Source: Escherichia phage Jgk1. From it: DNA of 64,000 nucleotides. This document shows positions 25,897 to 36,511 of this stretch, piece by piece. Below the pieces are notes generated by a model. The model searched no databases and had not been told where the DNA came from. It saw only the letters and a program-made list of their open reading frames with translations. The DNA lies in sequence record PV292302.1. One strand, given 5' to 3'. Numbering within the stretch: the stretch's first letter is position 1; every line of letters starts with the position of its first letter. A program made the translations under genes and the position numbers.

Positions 25897-28476
25897 ATGC
25901 GTCACATTACCTCCCAGGATACTGGTAAGTATCCAATTGCAATTCTAAGTACCCGGCTTGACCGTAATGAGATGATTAAGACCTATCTGTCACCAGATGG
26001 GCTTAGCATGGAAGATTTTATCTTCCTTGAGTTACATTCAGCACCGGGTAAGAAGAAAACTCCTGCCAAGGAAATGAAGGAGTTTATCGAGCAAGAGTTG
26101 CAGGCTGTACTTGATACAGCAGAAACTCAATACATCATTTGTACCGATTCAGATTACTTCAAAACACTGACTAAGGAAGCAAAAGCAGAAGCTAACTTAG
26201 GTTACATCTGCGATTCGGTGTGGGGTAAACAGAAGGTTATCTATGTCCCCAACTACAGGCAGGTCTTTTATGACCCCCCAGTCGTTCGGGCTAAGATTAA
26301 ACAAGGAATGGATGCATTGCTTGACCACATTCGTGGGCAGTATGCAGAACCAGGACAAGGAATTATTGAGTTCGAGGCCTATCCTCAAACACCGCATGAA
26401 ATTAAAGCCTGGCTTGACCAGTTGCTTGAGATGGATAAGCCACTGGCTATAGACATCGAATCCTTCGGTTTAAAGCACTATAACGCAGGCATAGGGACGA
26501 TTACATTCTGCTGGAGTAAGACACAAGGCATTGCCTTTAACGTTGACTACGAGCCGATTCCTGGAGCTACAGAAGCACCATACGGTCGTAGAGTAAGGAA
26601 CGATATTGTTCGTAACTTACTAAGAGACTTCTTCGTTAAGTACATGCAACGGCAGATGTATCACAATATCAGCTATGACGTATACATATTGATTTACCAG
26701 CTATTCATGAACAACCTGATTGATACGGGTGGTTTACTGGATGGTATGGATATCATGCTGCGTAATTGGGACTGTACCAAGCTGATTACGTACCTTGCTA
26801 CAAACAGCTGTGCTGGCAATCACTTAAGCCTAAAGGAACAAGCACAAGAGTATGCTGGTAACTATGCTCAGGATGATATTAAGGATATTTGTCTCATCCC
26901 GAATGACCAACTGTTGCGTTACAACCTCATAGATGGTCTGTGTACCTGGTACACCTATGAGAAGCACTGGGATACCCTGATTGCTGATGACCAATTAGAT
27001 GTTTATACAAACATCTTTAAGCCTGCGTGTGAGGACATTATCCAGATGCAACTTACCGGAATGCCCATGAACATGGACACGGTAAATGAAGTTGCAAAGG
27101 AAATGGAAACTGACAGGAACCAGGCACTGAAGACTATCCAGAATTCCATTCTGGTTAAGAACTTTACCCTGCAACTCCGTCAGGAATGGGTAGACGATAA
27201 GAATGCTAAGCTGAAGAAGAAGAGAGTAACACTAGCTGATTGTGACCTGGAGTTTAATCCTAATTCAGGACCACAACTGCAAAAGCTGCTATTCGAATTT
27301 ATTGGTTTACCCGTATTAGGGCAGACCAAGAGTAAGCAACCTGCAACTGATGGGGATACCATCAAAGCTCTGCGTAGCCATACTAGCAATAATGCAGATA
27401 AGGAATTACTAAATGCACTTATCGACTATAAGCTCGTGGATAAGATTATCACTAGCTTTATACCAGCTTTCAGGAATGCCCAACCGGGACCGGATGGCTG
27501 GCACTATCTGTTCGGCAACCTCAATTTGGGAGGTACGGTATCTGGTAGACTTTCCGCCTCCGAACCTAACCTACAAACAATCCCATCTGGTTCTAAGTAC
27601 GCCAAAGCAATTAAACGTTGCTTTGAAGCACCACCTGGCTGGATATTCTGTGGATTAGATTTTGCTTCACTGGAAGACAGAATCTCTGCATTGACTACAA
27701 AAGACCCACAGAAACTTAAGGTATATACCGATGGTTATGATGGTCACAGTCTACGTGCATATGCTTACTTCGGTGAACAAATGCCTGACATCGTAGACAC
27801 AGTTGAGTCAATTAATTCCATTCAAGAGAAGTACAAGCACTTGCGTGGAGACTCCAAAGCCCCAACATTCTTGCTTACCTACGGTGGCACGTATATGGGC
27901 TTAATGAAAAACTGCGGCTTCCCTGAAGACAAAGCCAAGCTAACAGAGAAACGTTATCACGACCTTTATACGGTAAGTGATGCATGGGTTCAGGCTAAGC
28001 TAGATGAAGCTGCCAAAGTAGGTTATGTAACTGCTGCATTTGGGTTGAGAGTGCGTACTCCTTTACTGGCTCAGGTATTACGTGGGACATGTAAGACCCC
28101 ATATGAAGCAGAGGCCGAAGGTCGAACTGCTGGTAACGCATTAGGACAAAGCTGGTGTTTACTTAACAACCGTGCTGGTTCCGAATTTATGCGTAAAGTC
28201 AGGAAGAGTGAATTCCGTCTGGATATCAGACCAAGTATTCACATTCATGATGCCCAGTACTTCATGATTCGTGACAACATGGACACGTTGCAGTACACGA
28301 ATAAGCATCTCGTTGATGCAGTTAACTGGCAGAACCACCCGGATATTGCTCATCCAGACGTTGGTCTGGGTGGAGAATTATCCTTGTTCTACCCAACATG
28401 GAAAGATGAAATAGTCATTCCAAATTACGCTTCAGAAAAAGAAGTGTTATCTACAATTCAGAAGGCATTCGCATGA
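25897..28476 (+). CDS. Family A DNA polymerase with 3'-5' exonuclease domain
   Basis: Exo I AIDIESFG; motif A GLDFASLEDRI; motif B KAPTFLLTYGGTYMG; motif C HIHDAQ. Confidence 0.8.
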   Translation: MRHITSQDTGKYPIAILSTRLDRNEMIKTYLSPDGLSMEDFIFLELHSAPGKKKTPAKEMKEFIEQELQAVLDTAETQYIICTDSDYFKTLTKEAKAEANLGYICDSVWGKQKVIYVPNYRQVFYDPPVVRAKIKQGMDALLDHIRGQYAEPGQGIIEFEAYPQTPHEIKAWLDQLLEMDKPLAIDIESFGLKHYNAGIGTITFCWSKTQGIAFNVDYEPIPGATEAPYGRRVRNDIVRNLLRDFFVKYMQRQMYHNISYDVYILIYQLFMNNLIDTGGLLDGMDIMLRNWDCTKLITYLATNSCAGNHLSLKEQAQEYAGNYAQDDIKDICLIPNDQLLRYNLIDGLCTWYTYEKHWDTLIADDQLDVYTNIFKPACEDIIQMQLTGMPMNMDTVNEVAKEMETDRNQALKTIQNSILVKNFTLQLRQEWVDDKNAKLKKKRVTLADCDLEFNPNSGPQLQKLLFEFIGLPVLGQTKSKQPATDGDTIKALRSHTSNNADKELLNALIDYKLVDKIITSFIPAFRNAQPGPDGWHYLFGNLNLGGTVSGRLSASEPNLQTIPSGSKYAKAIKRCFEAPPGWIFCGLDFASLEDRISALTTKDPQKLKVYTDGYDGHSLRAYAYFGEQMPDIVDTVESINSIQEKYKHLRGDSKAPTFLLTYGGTYMGLMKNCGFPEDKAKLTEKRYHDLYTVSDAWVQAKLDEAAKVGYVTAAFGLRVRTPLLAQVLRGTCKTPYEAEAEGRTAGNALGQSWCLLNNRAGSEFMRKVRKSEFRLDIRPSIHIHDAQYFMIRDNMDTLQYTNKHLVDAVNWQNHPDIAHPDVGLGGELSLFYPTWKDEIVIPNYASEKEVLSTIQKAFA

Positions 28477-28769
28477 CCAAAGAAACCGTTATCAAAAAGT
28501 ATCACTGGATGGTATCAGCACAAGTAGTATTCGTTCTTCCTGACACTCAGGAAGGTAGTGTTATTACCATGAACACTATGCTACTGACAGATGAACCAGT
28601 GGTTAACTATAAGGACATGGCACGAGCACAGCATAGTCTGCGTGTAAGCCTTGACCAACGTTTCGATACTGCCGTTGACCTGAAGGACATTGTATTCCTG
28701 GCCTTCTCCAACCTGGGTCTGATGTCAGAGCCGGAGTTTGATGCAGGCATGACTGTTAAAGGTAAATAA
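28473..28769 (+). CDS. Hypothetical protein (98 aa)
   Basis: ORF overlapping polymerase stop. Confidence 0.45.
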   Translation: MTKETVIKKYHWMVSAQVVFVLPDTQEGSVITMNTMLLTDEPVVNYKDMARAQHSLRVSLDQRFDTAVDLKDIVFLAFSNLGLMSEPEFDAGMTVKGK

Positions 28770-28770
28770 C

Positions 28771-29427
28771 ATGTCAAAACTCTCCGGTGGACTCAACAAC
28801 TGGTATGTAGTACCAGTTAAAAATCCCCAGCGGAAAGAGCAAGAGCCATATCAGGCTGAATGCGAGGATATCATCCAAGCACTGGGCATGACCTTCGATG
28901 AAGGTTGCGCCTTTAAAGCTCTATGGCGAAATGCTGCTGCCCGTATGGGTAATGGAAAACCTGGTAATACTGCCGTCTATGACGCAGAGAAACTTGTGCA
29001 CTATGCCAACCGTATTCTGGCTAAAGAAAGGATTGCTACGATTGTAGCTCCATTTTTCGAATCAGAAGGAACCTGGTTCACTCCCAACCACGGACATGAC
29101 CTATTGCCCAACATCCAAATTGAAGTCGAACACTTCATTGGGGGCAAGTCCATCTTGTATATGCAAGATGCCCAGTGGGACAACGTTAAGCGATTCCGAT
29201 ACATCAACGGAGTACCTGAACGTCAACCAGAAAGTGGTGACGGAAGCCGACATGTTTCGGATAAAGCAAGAGATAGTGGCTGGGTTTACCATAACCACCA
29301 GCCACAAGTCACCCAACCATACCAGGATGTTGAAGTGGCTTACCGTAATGGTAAGCGTCGTATTTATTTCAATATTAGTGATGTGAATTGGGAAACGGTC
29401 TACAAATACAGGATTAACTACTCATGA
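28771..29427 (+). CDS. Hypothetical protein (218 aa)
   Basis: ORF. Confidence 0.5.
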   Translation: MSKLSGGLNNWYVVPVKNPQRKEQEPYQAECEDIIQALGMTFDEGCAFKALWRNAAARMGNGKPGNTAVYDAEKLVHYANRILAKERIATIVAPFFESEGTWFTPNHGHDLLPNIQIEVEHFIGGKSILYMQDAQWDNVKRFRYINGVPERQPESGDGSRHVSDKARDSGWVYHNHQPQVTQPYQDVEVAYRNGKRRIYFNISDVNWETVYKYRINYS

Positions 29428-30404
29428 AAGTAACTAATGAACATGATGTAAGCCTAGCCTTATCAGTCTGGCTCCTGTACGACGAATACGATTACGTCGA
29501 TAACCCCAAGTACCTATCAGCAACTACATTGCTTAAACCTATTAAGCAAATAGTGATGAAGCACCGAGTGGACATGAGTAATCAATCCATTGATGTCATG
29601 GACTTCACTGCTTCTTCTATGGGTACTGGTCTGCATGACTCTATTGAAAAGTCATGGCGTAAGGGTTATAAGACTGCACTCAAAAAGCTGGGATATCCTC
29701 AGCGAGTTATTGATGCAGTAGTAATCGACCCTACCCCCGAAGACTTTGCCAAGAATCCTGACCTCATTCCAGTCTATCTGGAGAGACGAGGGCAGAAGGT
29801 TCTCAATGGATGGACTATTGGGGGCAAGTTCGACATCGTAACAGAGGGTCTGTTACAGGACTTTAAGTCAACCTCAACCTATTCCTGGGTTGCTGGTTCC
29901 CGCGATGACGAACATAAGATGCAAGGTAGCATCTATCGCTGGATTCACGATGACATCATCACTGAGGATGTAATTCGTATTAACTACATCTTCACAGACT
30001 TCATGAAGTACATGGCTGCAAGTAATCCGAAATATCCTGCCCGTCGCATTATGCACAAGGATATTCCATTGATGCCGTATGAACGTACTGAAGCCTGGAT
30101 TAGTGAGAAGCTCAACCTCATCGACAAGTTTTGGGATGCACCTGAAAGTGAAATCCCTGAATGTACTGATGAGGAGTTGTGGCGAAGTGAACCACAGTTC
30201 AAATACTTCTCCGATGCTGCCAAGGTAGATGTACCTGGAGCCAGGAGTACCAAGAACTTTGATGACATGATGTCAGCTCGCCAGTATATGGCTGAGAAAG
30301 GTGGCAAAGGTGCAATCAAGGTCGTCGAGGGACAGGTAAAACGCTGCGAGTATTGTGCCGTGGCATCCATTTGTAAGCAAAGAGAGAGATATTTCCCATC
30401 ATGA
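29424..30404 (+). CDS. PD-(D/E)xK nuclease, RecB/Cas4-like with C-terminal Cys cluster
   Basis: FDIV...QDFK core-like motifs; C-terminal C-x2-C-x5-C (CEYCAVASIC). Confidence 0.55.
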   Translation: MKVTNEHDVSLALSVWLLYDEYDYVDNPKYLSATTLLKPIKQIVMKHRVDMSNQSIDVMDFTASSMGTGLHDSIEKSWRKGYKTALKKLGYPQRVIDAVVIDPTPEDFAKNPDLIPVYLERRGQKVLNGWTIGGKFDIVTEGLLQDFKSTSTYSWVAGSRDDEHKMQGSIYRWIHDDIITEDVIRINYIFTDFMKYMAASNPKYPARRIMHKDIPLMPYERTEAWISEKLNLIDKFWDAPESEIPECTDEELWRSEPQFKYFSDAAKVDVPGARSTKNFDDMMSARQYMAEKGGKGAIKVVEGQVKRCEYCAVASICKQRERYFPS

Positions 30405-32557
30405 GTATTGACCTGACCGGAGTCACTCACCACCCTGCAATTGAAGAAATTGTAGACGTGCTGTGTAACAAGACACAAAACAACGACAGAGGATTCTTCC
30501 GCGTCGAGGTAGCCTATTTCCTGGCTAAAATGGCATCCTGTATGGGTGCAACCATTGTCACTAAAGACCGTGGTGACTTACCAGTCAACATCTACGCTAT
30601 GGCATTAGCAACGTCTGGCTTCGGTAAAGGTCACTCGGTAAATATTATCGAAGATGGGTTTATGACAGGCTTCCGTAAACGTTTTATGGAAGACACTATG
30701 CCCGTCATTGCAAATGACCGCCTGTGGAAAATTGCTAACGAACGTTCTGCACGTCAAGGTACTGACCAGCAGGAAGAGTTCGATAAGGTGGAGGCTGAGT
30801 TTAAACGTGCTGGAGCATACCCGTTTACGTTTGACTCAGGTACTCCACCAGCAGTTAAACAACTACGTCATAAGCTGTTAATGGCCGGATGTGGTTCAAT
30901 CAATCTTCAGATTGATGAAATTGGTTCGAACCTGCTGGCAAACACGGATGTGTTAACCCTGTTCCTGGAGTTGTATGACCAGGGTAAGGTTAAACAGAAG
31001 CTGACCAAGAACACTGCTGAAAGTGTTCGTGGTGAGGAACTGGATGGTAAGACTCCAACCAACCTGCTTTTATTTGGTACGCCAAGTAAGTTGCTGGATG
31101 GTGGTCAAATCGAAGACCAGTACTATGGCTTCCTGGATACTGGATATGCCCGTCGCTGTTTCTTTGCGATTGGACATCTAGACAAGCGTGCACATGTGTC
31201 GCTGACCCCGGAGGAAATCTACAATAACCTGATTAAACAGGATAATACTCAGGCCATGAGTAAGTGGGCGAATCGTTTCCACGATTTAGCAGACCCTAAC
31301 CTGTTTGGCTTCAAGATGGTTGTAGAAGATGCAGTAGGTATCGCCCTGATTGCTTACAAAATTGATTGTGAGAAACAAGCAGAGGCTATGGCTGACCACG
31401 AAGAAATTCGTAAAGCTGAAATATCTCACCGTTACTTCAAAGCTCTTAAGCTGGCAGGTGCGTTGGCATTTGTAGATGGTAGCTCATTCATTGAGATGCA
31501 ACATCTGCAACAGGCCATCTTGCTCGCAGAAGAATCCGGGGCAGCGTTCCAGACGATTCTCAATCGTGAGAAAGCGTATGTGAAACTGGCTAAGTATATT
31601 GCTTCAGTAGGCAAAGAAGTTACTCATGCAGACTTGCTTGAGTCTCTGCCATTCTATAAGAGTGGTAATGCTGCACGTAATGAAATGATGACGCTGGCAA
31701 CAGCATGGGGCTATAAGCAACACATCATTATCAAAAAGTCCTACAACGAAGGTATTGAGTTCTTCCGTGGGGAAACTCTTAAGGAAACCAATACTGACGA
31801 AATGCTGGTGGCATACAGTGAAAGCTTTGCGTATGACTATATCGGTGAGCGTGTTCCATTCGACCAACTTCATGTATTGACCCAGGCTCCTAATATGCAC
31901 TGGATTAACCACCATGTTAAGAATGGTCACCGTGCCGAAGAAAACGTAATTCCAGGCTTTAACATGATTGTTATTGACTGTGATGGTGGAGTGCCTTTGG
32001 CAACTTGCCACGAGTTAATGAAGGACTATAAGTTTATGACTTATACGACGAAACGTCACACCGATGGTGAGAACCGTTTCCGGCTTATCCTTCCAATGAA
32101 CTATGAGTTACACCTCGATACTGAGGAATATAAAGAGTTCATGAATAACGTCATGACCTGGCTCCCGTTTGAGACAGATGAGTCTGCAAACCAACGTGCT
32201 AAGAAATGGATGTCCTGCGAAGCTGGTACATACCATTACAACCTCGAAGCACCATTGTTGGATGTACGTGACTTCATTCCTAGAACCAGTAAGAACGAAC
32301 AGTTCCAGAACCAGATGAAGGAAGTTCAGTCCCTGGACAACCTCGAACGTTGGTTCGCTGGTCGTATTGCTTCAGGTAACCGTAATAACCAGATGATTAA
32401 GTATGCTCTGGCACTGGTAGACAGTGGCTGGGAATTTAATCAGGTTCAACAATCTGTATATGCATTCAACAAGAAATTGTCGAATCCATTACCAGATGAT
32501 GAGCTGAACGCAACTGTAATGGTAACCGTAGCGAAGAAATACGCCGGAGCCAAATAA
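30401..32557 (+). CDS. DNA primase (AEP-like DxD motif)
   Basis: 718 aa; VIDCDGG motif; between nuclease and SSB. Confidence 0.45.
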   Translation: MSIDLTGVTHHPAIEEIVDVLCNKTQNNDRGFFRVEVAYFLAKMASCMGATIVTKDRGDLPVNIYAMALATSGFGKGHSVNIIEDGFMTGFRKRFMEDTMPVIANDRLWKIANERSARQGTDQQEEFDKVEAEFKRAGAYPFTFDSGTPPAVKQLRHKLLMAGCGSINLQIDEIGSNLLANTDVLTLFLELYDQGKVKQKLTKNTAESVRGEELDGKTPTNLLLFGTPSKLLDGGQIEDQYYGFLDTGYARRCFFAIGHLDKRAHVSLTPEEIYNNLIKQDNTQAMSKWANRFHDLADPNLFGFKMVVEDAVGIALIAYKIDCEKQAEAMADHEEIRKAEISHRYFKALKLAGALAFVDGSSFIEMQHLQQAILLAEESGAAFQTILNREKAYVKLAKYIASVGKEVTHADLLESLPFYKSGNAARNEMMTLATAWGYKQHIIIKKSYNEGIEFFRGETLKETNTDEMLVAYSESFAYDYIGERVPFDQLHVLTQAPNMHWINHHVKNGHRAEENVIPGFNMIVIDCDGGVPLATCHELMKDYKFMTYTTKRHTDGENRFRLILPMNYELHLDTEEYKEFMNNVMTWLPFETDESANQRAKKWMSCEAGTYHYNLEAPLLDVRDFIPRTSKNEQFQNQMKEVQSLDNLERWFAGRIASGNRNNQMIKYALALVDSGWEFNQVQQSVYAFNKKLSNPLPDDELNATVMVTVAKKYAGAK

Positions 32558-32613
32558 GTAAACTGGAGTCTTTCTTTGGTCGGAGAGACTCCTAATCAAA
32601 CGAGGAAGTAATA

Positions 32614-33369
32614 ATGTCCGAAGAGTTAATTGCCAATGACATGAACACTCAGCTAATCCTGATTGCAGGATTCTCAGCCAGTGGTAAGTCGGCATCACTT
32701 CGTAACCTCAGGAACCAGGAACGCTGGTTATATCTGAATACCGAGGCAGGTAAGCGTCTGCCATTCCGTAATAAGTTTCAGTCTTACAACATCGAAGACC
32801 CTTATCAAATTTGGGAAGCATTCGATGCTGCATCACCTGGTGGTGATATGGTTGATGACATTGATGGAATCATCATTGACTCAGCCACATTCATGATGGA
32901 TATGCTGGAATCCCAGTATGTACTCCCATCTGCAAATACCCAGAAAGCCTGGGGTGACTTTGCTCAATTCTTCAAAATCCTGCTGCAACAAAAAGTTGTT
33001 AAGTTCGGCAAGCCAGTAATTATTACTGCCCATGCCAAAGACGAACTGGATGAAGCTGCTGGTGTAATGAAGACATTCATCCCAGTCAAGGGCTCATTGA
33101 AAAATAATGGCCTGGAAGCTTACTTCTCAACTGTGGTGTATGCAGAACGAGTAGACATCAAGGAACTGGAGAAGTACGGCAATAAGATGCTGGAAATTAC
33201 AGAGGAAGAGCGTGACTTAGGTTATAAGCACGTATTCCAAACCAGACCAACTAAGAAATCAGTTGGCAAACGTCTTCGTTCACCAATGGGTATGTTTGAG
33301 AAATCAGAAACCTACATTGATAACGATGCTCAGAAACTTCTCGACCACCTGGCTGAATACTACGCCTAA
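32614..33369 (+). CDS. P-loop NTPase (recombination/replication accessory ATPase candidate)
   Basis: Walker A GFSASGKSA; hhhhD IIIDSA. Confidence 0.5.
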   Translation: MSEELIANDMNTQLILIAGFSASGKSASLRNLRNQERWLYLNTEAGKRLPFRNKFQSYNIEDPYQIWEAFDAASPGGDMVDDIDGIIIDSATFMMDMLESQYVLPSANTQKAWGDFAQFFKILLQQKVVKFGKPVIITAHAKDELDEAAGVMKTFIPVKGSLKNNGLEAYFSTVVYAERVDIKELEKYGNKMLEITEEERDLGYKHVFQTRPTKKSVGKRLRSPMGMFEKSETYIDNDAQKLLDHLAEYYA

Positions 33370-33407
33370 GCGTTTGCCTGGTTGTTAAAAAATTAATAGG
33401 AAATCAC

Positions 33408-34205
33408 ATGTCAAATCTGTTCGGTAATCTGAAAGAAAAAACCAAAAACGCTGAAGCTGCTAAAGACTCCCTGGGTGGAAGTGGCTTCGCTGCTAAAGAA
33501 TCTGATATCTACACCGGTGACGTTAAAGTCGCTTACGTAGGTAAAGCTGACTCTGGTGCAGACTGGATGCAACTCATCGTCGAAAATATGAAGACCTCCG
33601 ATGGTCTTGATGCTGGCGAATTCCGTGCACAAGTGTACTTCACTTCTGGTAAGGATAAAGGCAATAAGCCTACTTACGAGAAGAATGGTAAAGAGTATTA
33701 CCTGCCTGGTTATACCGTAATCAATGACATGATGCTCATGGCTACTGGCAAAGAACTCTTTGAGGCAGACTTCGAAGAGAAGATTGTTAAAGTCTATGAC
33801 TTTGACCAGAAAGCAGAAGTTAACAAGTCAGTCATGGTTCCAGTTGACCTGATTGGTCAGAACATTATGTTCGCTCTGGAGAAAGTCATCGAATCCAAGC
33901 AGACCAAGGGCGATGATGGTAAGTATTACGATAACGGGGAAACTCGTGAAGTAAACGAAATCCAGAAACTGTTCCACCCGGAACTGCTGGTAACTGTCGT
34001 TGAAGCTCAGGAAGCTGAGAAGGCAGAGAAAGAACTGACTCCAGAACTGGCAGTATTCCATGCTGCATGGTTGGATAAGAACAAAGGTAAAACCCGTGAT
34101 AAGGCTAGCAAGTCTGCGGGTAAAGCAGGTACTCCACCTAAACCTGGTGCTGGTGGTTCAAGCTCTGCTCCAGCAGGTGGCAAGTCTCTGTTCGGTAAGA
34201 AATAA
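33408..34205 (+). CDS. Single-stranded DNA-binding protein candidate (N4 gp45-like)
   Basis: 265 aa, position after primase/ATPase; Gly/Pro-rich tail; inferred from length and synteny. Confidence 0.45.
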   Translation: MSNLFGNLKEKTKNAEAAKDSLGGSGFAAKESDIYTGDVKVAYVGKADSGADWMQLIVENMKTSDGLDAGEFRAQVYFTSGKDKGNKPTYEKNGKEYYLPGYTVINDMMLMATGKELFEADFEEKIVKVYDFDQKAEVNKSVMVPVDLIGQNIMFALEKVIESKQTKGDDGKYYDNGETREVNEIQKLFHPELLVTVVEAQEAEKAEKELTPELAVFHAAWLDKNKGKTRDKASKSAGKAGTPPKPGAGGSSSAPAGGKSLFGKK

Positions 34206-34765
34206 TGCAAATCCCAATTCTCGGAGCAGATATTTCACTTCGGAATTGGGGATTAGCAAGGGGTATGCTGGACATTGAATCCGGTGTGTTTGAGAAGGTA
34301 GAACTCAAACTGGTTCAGACTGAAGTTGACCACAACAAGCAAGTCCGAACCAACTCCAAAGACATTCAAGCTGCTCATGATATCTTCATTGGCGTAAGAG
34401 ACTGGCTCATTGACGATAAGCCTAAAGCTATCTTCATTGAAGTGCCTGTAGGTTCTCAGTCTGCTAATGGCATGAAATCCTACGGCTTGTGTGTCGGACT
34501 CGTTGGGGCATTCCGTGCATTGGGATGCCCTGTATTCGAGGTATCCCCTACCGAAAATAAAATTGCACTGGCTGGCAGTAAGACAGCTTCCAAAGACGTA
34601 ATGATACGTACTGCCCATGAAATCTATCCTGAAGCTAACTGGCTCAAGGATGGTAAGGGCAAGTTGCTCAATAAGAATGAGCACTTAGCTGATGCTATCG
34701 GTGCAATCCATGCTGGAGTTAATCTTCCAGCGTTTCAAAACTTACTGAATATGTTAAAGGCTTAA
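34205..34765 (+). CDS. RuvC-like Holliday junction resolvase
   Basis: N-terminal ILGADIS, IFIEVP and C-terminal HLADAIGAIHAG resemble RuvC catalytic motifs. Confidence 0.45.
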   Translation: MQIPILGADISLRNWGLARGMLDIESGVFEKVELKLVQTEVDHNKQVRTNSKDIQAAHDIFIGVRDWLIDDKPKAIFIEVPVGSQSANGMKSYGLCVGLVGAFRALGCPVFEVSPTENKIALAGSKTASKDVMIRTAHEIYPEANWLKDGKGKLLNKNEHLADAIGAIHAGVNLPAFQNLLNMLKA

Positions 34766-34766
34766 C

Positions 34767-35273
34767 ATGCAAATCACATTAAATCATGCCGAAGTAGAAG
34801 GTATTCTGGCTGCCCATATCGTAACTGCAATGCCTTCTGTTGAACCAGAAGAAGTAATTGCGGTTATCATCAACGAAGATGGTTCTGCAACCATTGGTAT
34901 TGGTGAGGGGGTAGGCTCAGATAATGATACTCCACCCGTGGTAGAAAAACAGAAACGTACCCGTGGACCAAATAAACGTAATCCACAGGAAGCAAAGCAT
35001 CGTCCTGTGAACCAGGAACCAGAAGCTGGGGAACAAACCCCGACTACAGTTGGTGGTCAGAACGGGAGTTCTACGCCGGAACCTGAAGCTCAGGGCGAAC
35101 AAGTTGTAACTCCTGAAGAACAGCTGAAGGAAGAAGCAACTGAACAGGCTGAAGAAGCTGCATCAGAAGAAGCTTCTCAGGAAGCAGGGGTACAACAGGA
35201 AGTTCAGGAGGAGAAGGTTGCCGAAGCACCTGCTACTGCTAAACCATCTCTGTTCGCTGGCCTGAAACGTTAA
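34767..35273 (+). CDS. Hypothetical protein with acidic low-complexity tail (168 aa)
   Basis: N-terminal compact region, then Glu/Gln/Pro/Thr-rich tail. Confidence 0.5.
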   Translation: MQITLNHAEVEGILAAHIVTAMPSVEPEEVIAVIINEDGSATIGIGEGVGSDNDTPPVVEKQKRTRGPNKRNPQEAKHRPVNQEPEAGEQTPTTVGGQNGSSTPEPEAQGEQVVTPEEQLKEEATEQAEEAASEEASQEAGVQQEVQEEKVAEAPATAKPSLFAGLKR

Positions 35274-35514
35274 TCTGGTAGGTGGCTCAGAAGCTACTGC
35301 TATTTGTGGTAGTGTTCATAATTCTGATGCTATTGCTTATCAGGATTCTGGACGTGTCGGCTCCATACATAGCCTTTATCATCACTGTCCTTATCCTATG
35401 GAAATGGAAATGCAGTGAAAAGTCCGGTGGTGACAAGCCGCCAGATTAATAACAAACCGAACCAGTGTGCAGGAATACTCTCCCCTGTGCACTGGTTCCA
35501 ATAGGACGTTAACT

Positions 35515-35919
35515 ATGAACTATGTAAAAGAAATTGATGAGGATGAACCAGTCCTGGTCAGTAACAAGTATTACTATGCTCCTAGTGAACGCCTTATGTG
35601 TAACTCATGCGGAACAGTAAGTAGTAATCATCACATAGGTACTGTATTTCTATGGAAGCACGCCAGTTGGCCTAAAGACTGGAATCCCCAATGGGTTACT
35701 CTTCATACTTGTAAACGGTGTGGAAGAAATGTTGAGAAAGACTTTAGTCATTCATTCACTGACCAAGGTAATTACGAGTGTGACGAAACAGCTGATATTA
35801 ACAAATGGGAAAAAGAACTCTCAGATTTAGAAGCTGAAGTAGAAGACCTTAAGTTTAAAATCAAAAGGGGCAGAGCTCGTTGGGCTGAACTCTGGGAAAC
35901 AGATGAAGATGCAAACTGA
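35515..35919 (+). CDS. Cys-containing hypothetical protein (134 aa)
   Basis: Internal ATG of track ORF 35467; CNSC...CKRC pairs. Confidence 0.4.
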   Translation: MNYVKEIDEDEPVLVSNKYYYAPSERLMCNSCGTVSSNHHIGTVFLWKHASWPKDWNPQWVTLHTCKRCGRNVEKDFSHSFTDQGNYECDETADINKWEKELSDLEAEVEDLKFKIKRGRARWAELWETDEDAN

Positions 35920-36160
35920 TATCCATCCTATGGAAGAGTACATAGATGCTCTTGTCACTTGTGAATTAGCCATGATGATGGCTATTAAAGATAAGAAGCA
36001 ACCTAACTTTTCAGTACGAATGTGTGCTGCCAGGATGTCTCTTAAATGCTCTAACCCAATGAACAAGAAGTTGTTTCTTGGAGTGAGCAAAGCTGAATCA
36101 CCTGCTGCAATGATTTACCATTTCAGAACTATGCTGGATGAGGAAATCTCTCGTGTTTAA
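35903..36160 (+). CDS. Hypothetical protein (85 aa)
   Basis: ORF. Confidence 0.35.
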   Translation: MKMQTDIHPMEEYIDALVTCELAMMMAIKDKKQPNFSVRMCAARMSLKCSNPMNKKLFLGVSKAESPAAMIYHFRTMLDEEISRV

Positions 36161-36338
36161 ATATTTCATTCGATACCAGAATGGAGGTGCTAATTCTTTT
36201 GTGGGTGGTAAAGCCCATGAAGGTAAAAAAGCATTTCACATTAAAACAGGTAAATGCACTGTACTTGTACCATACGCTTGGTACAAAGATGGTGAAGTTC
36301 AAGAATTAGTTGATAAAGCAGATAAGTTTGTAGTATAA
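36138..36338 (+). CDS. Hypothetical protein (66 aa)
   Basis: ORF ending 10 nt before first tRNA. Confidence 0.35.
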   Translation: MRKSLVFKYFIRYQNGGANSFVGGKAHEGKKAFHIKTGKCTVLVPYAWYKDGEVQELVDKADKFVV

Positions 36339-36348
36339 AGATTTCCAC

Positions 36349-36430
36349 GGGGGAGTAGTCAAGCGGTCGAAGACGGCAGACTGTAAATCTGTTATCCCAC
36401 ACGGTAGTTCGAATCTACCCTCCCCCACCA
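36349..36430 (+). tRNA. tRNA-Tyr (anticodon GTA), CCA encoded
   Basis: Hand-folded: acceptor gggggag/ctccccc, loop ctGTAaa, T-arm ggtag-ttcgaat-ctacc. Confidence 0.75.
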
Positions 36431-36431
36431 C

Positions 36432-36506
36432 GGTAAGTTAGCTAAATGGTGAAGCGGCTGACTGTTAATCAGTGATAGAGTGGTTCGAGTCCACTACTTA
36501 CCGCCA
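36432..36506 (+). tRNA. tRNA-Asn (anticodon GTT), CCA encoded
   Basis: Hand-folded: acceptor ggtaagt/acttacc, loop ctGTTaa, T-arm agtgg-ttcgagt-ccact. Confidence 0.75.
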
Positions 36507-36511
36507 TATTA

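Noticed and set aside
32566-32592. Hairpin ggagtct...agactcc downstream of the primase gene as a terminator
   Set aside because: No T-run follows and the next gene starts ~20 nt later; more likely an RNA structure within the intergenic leader
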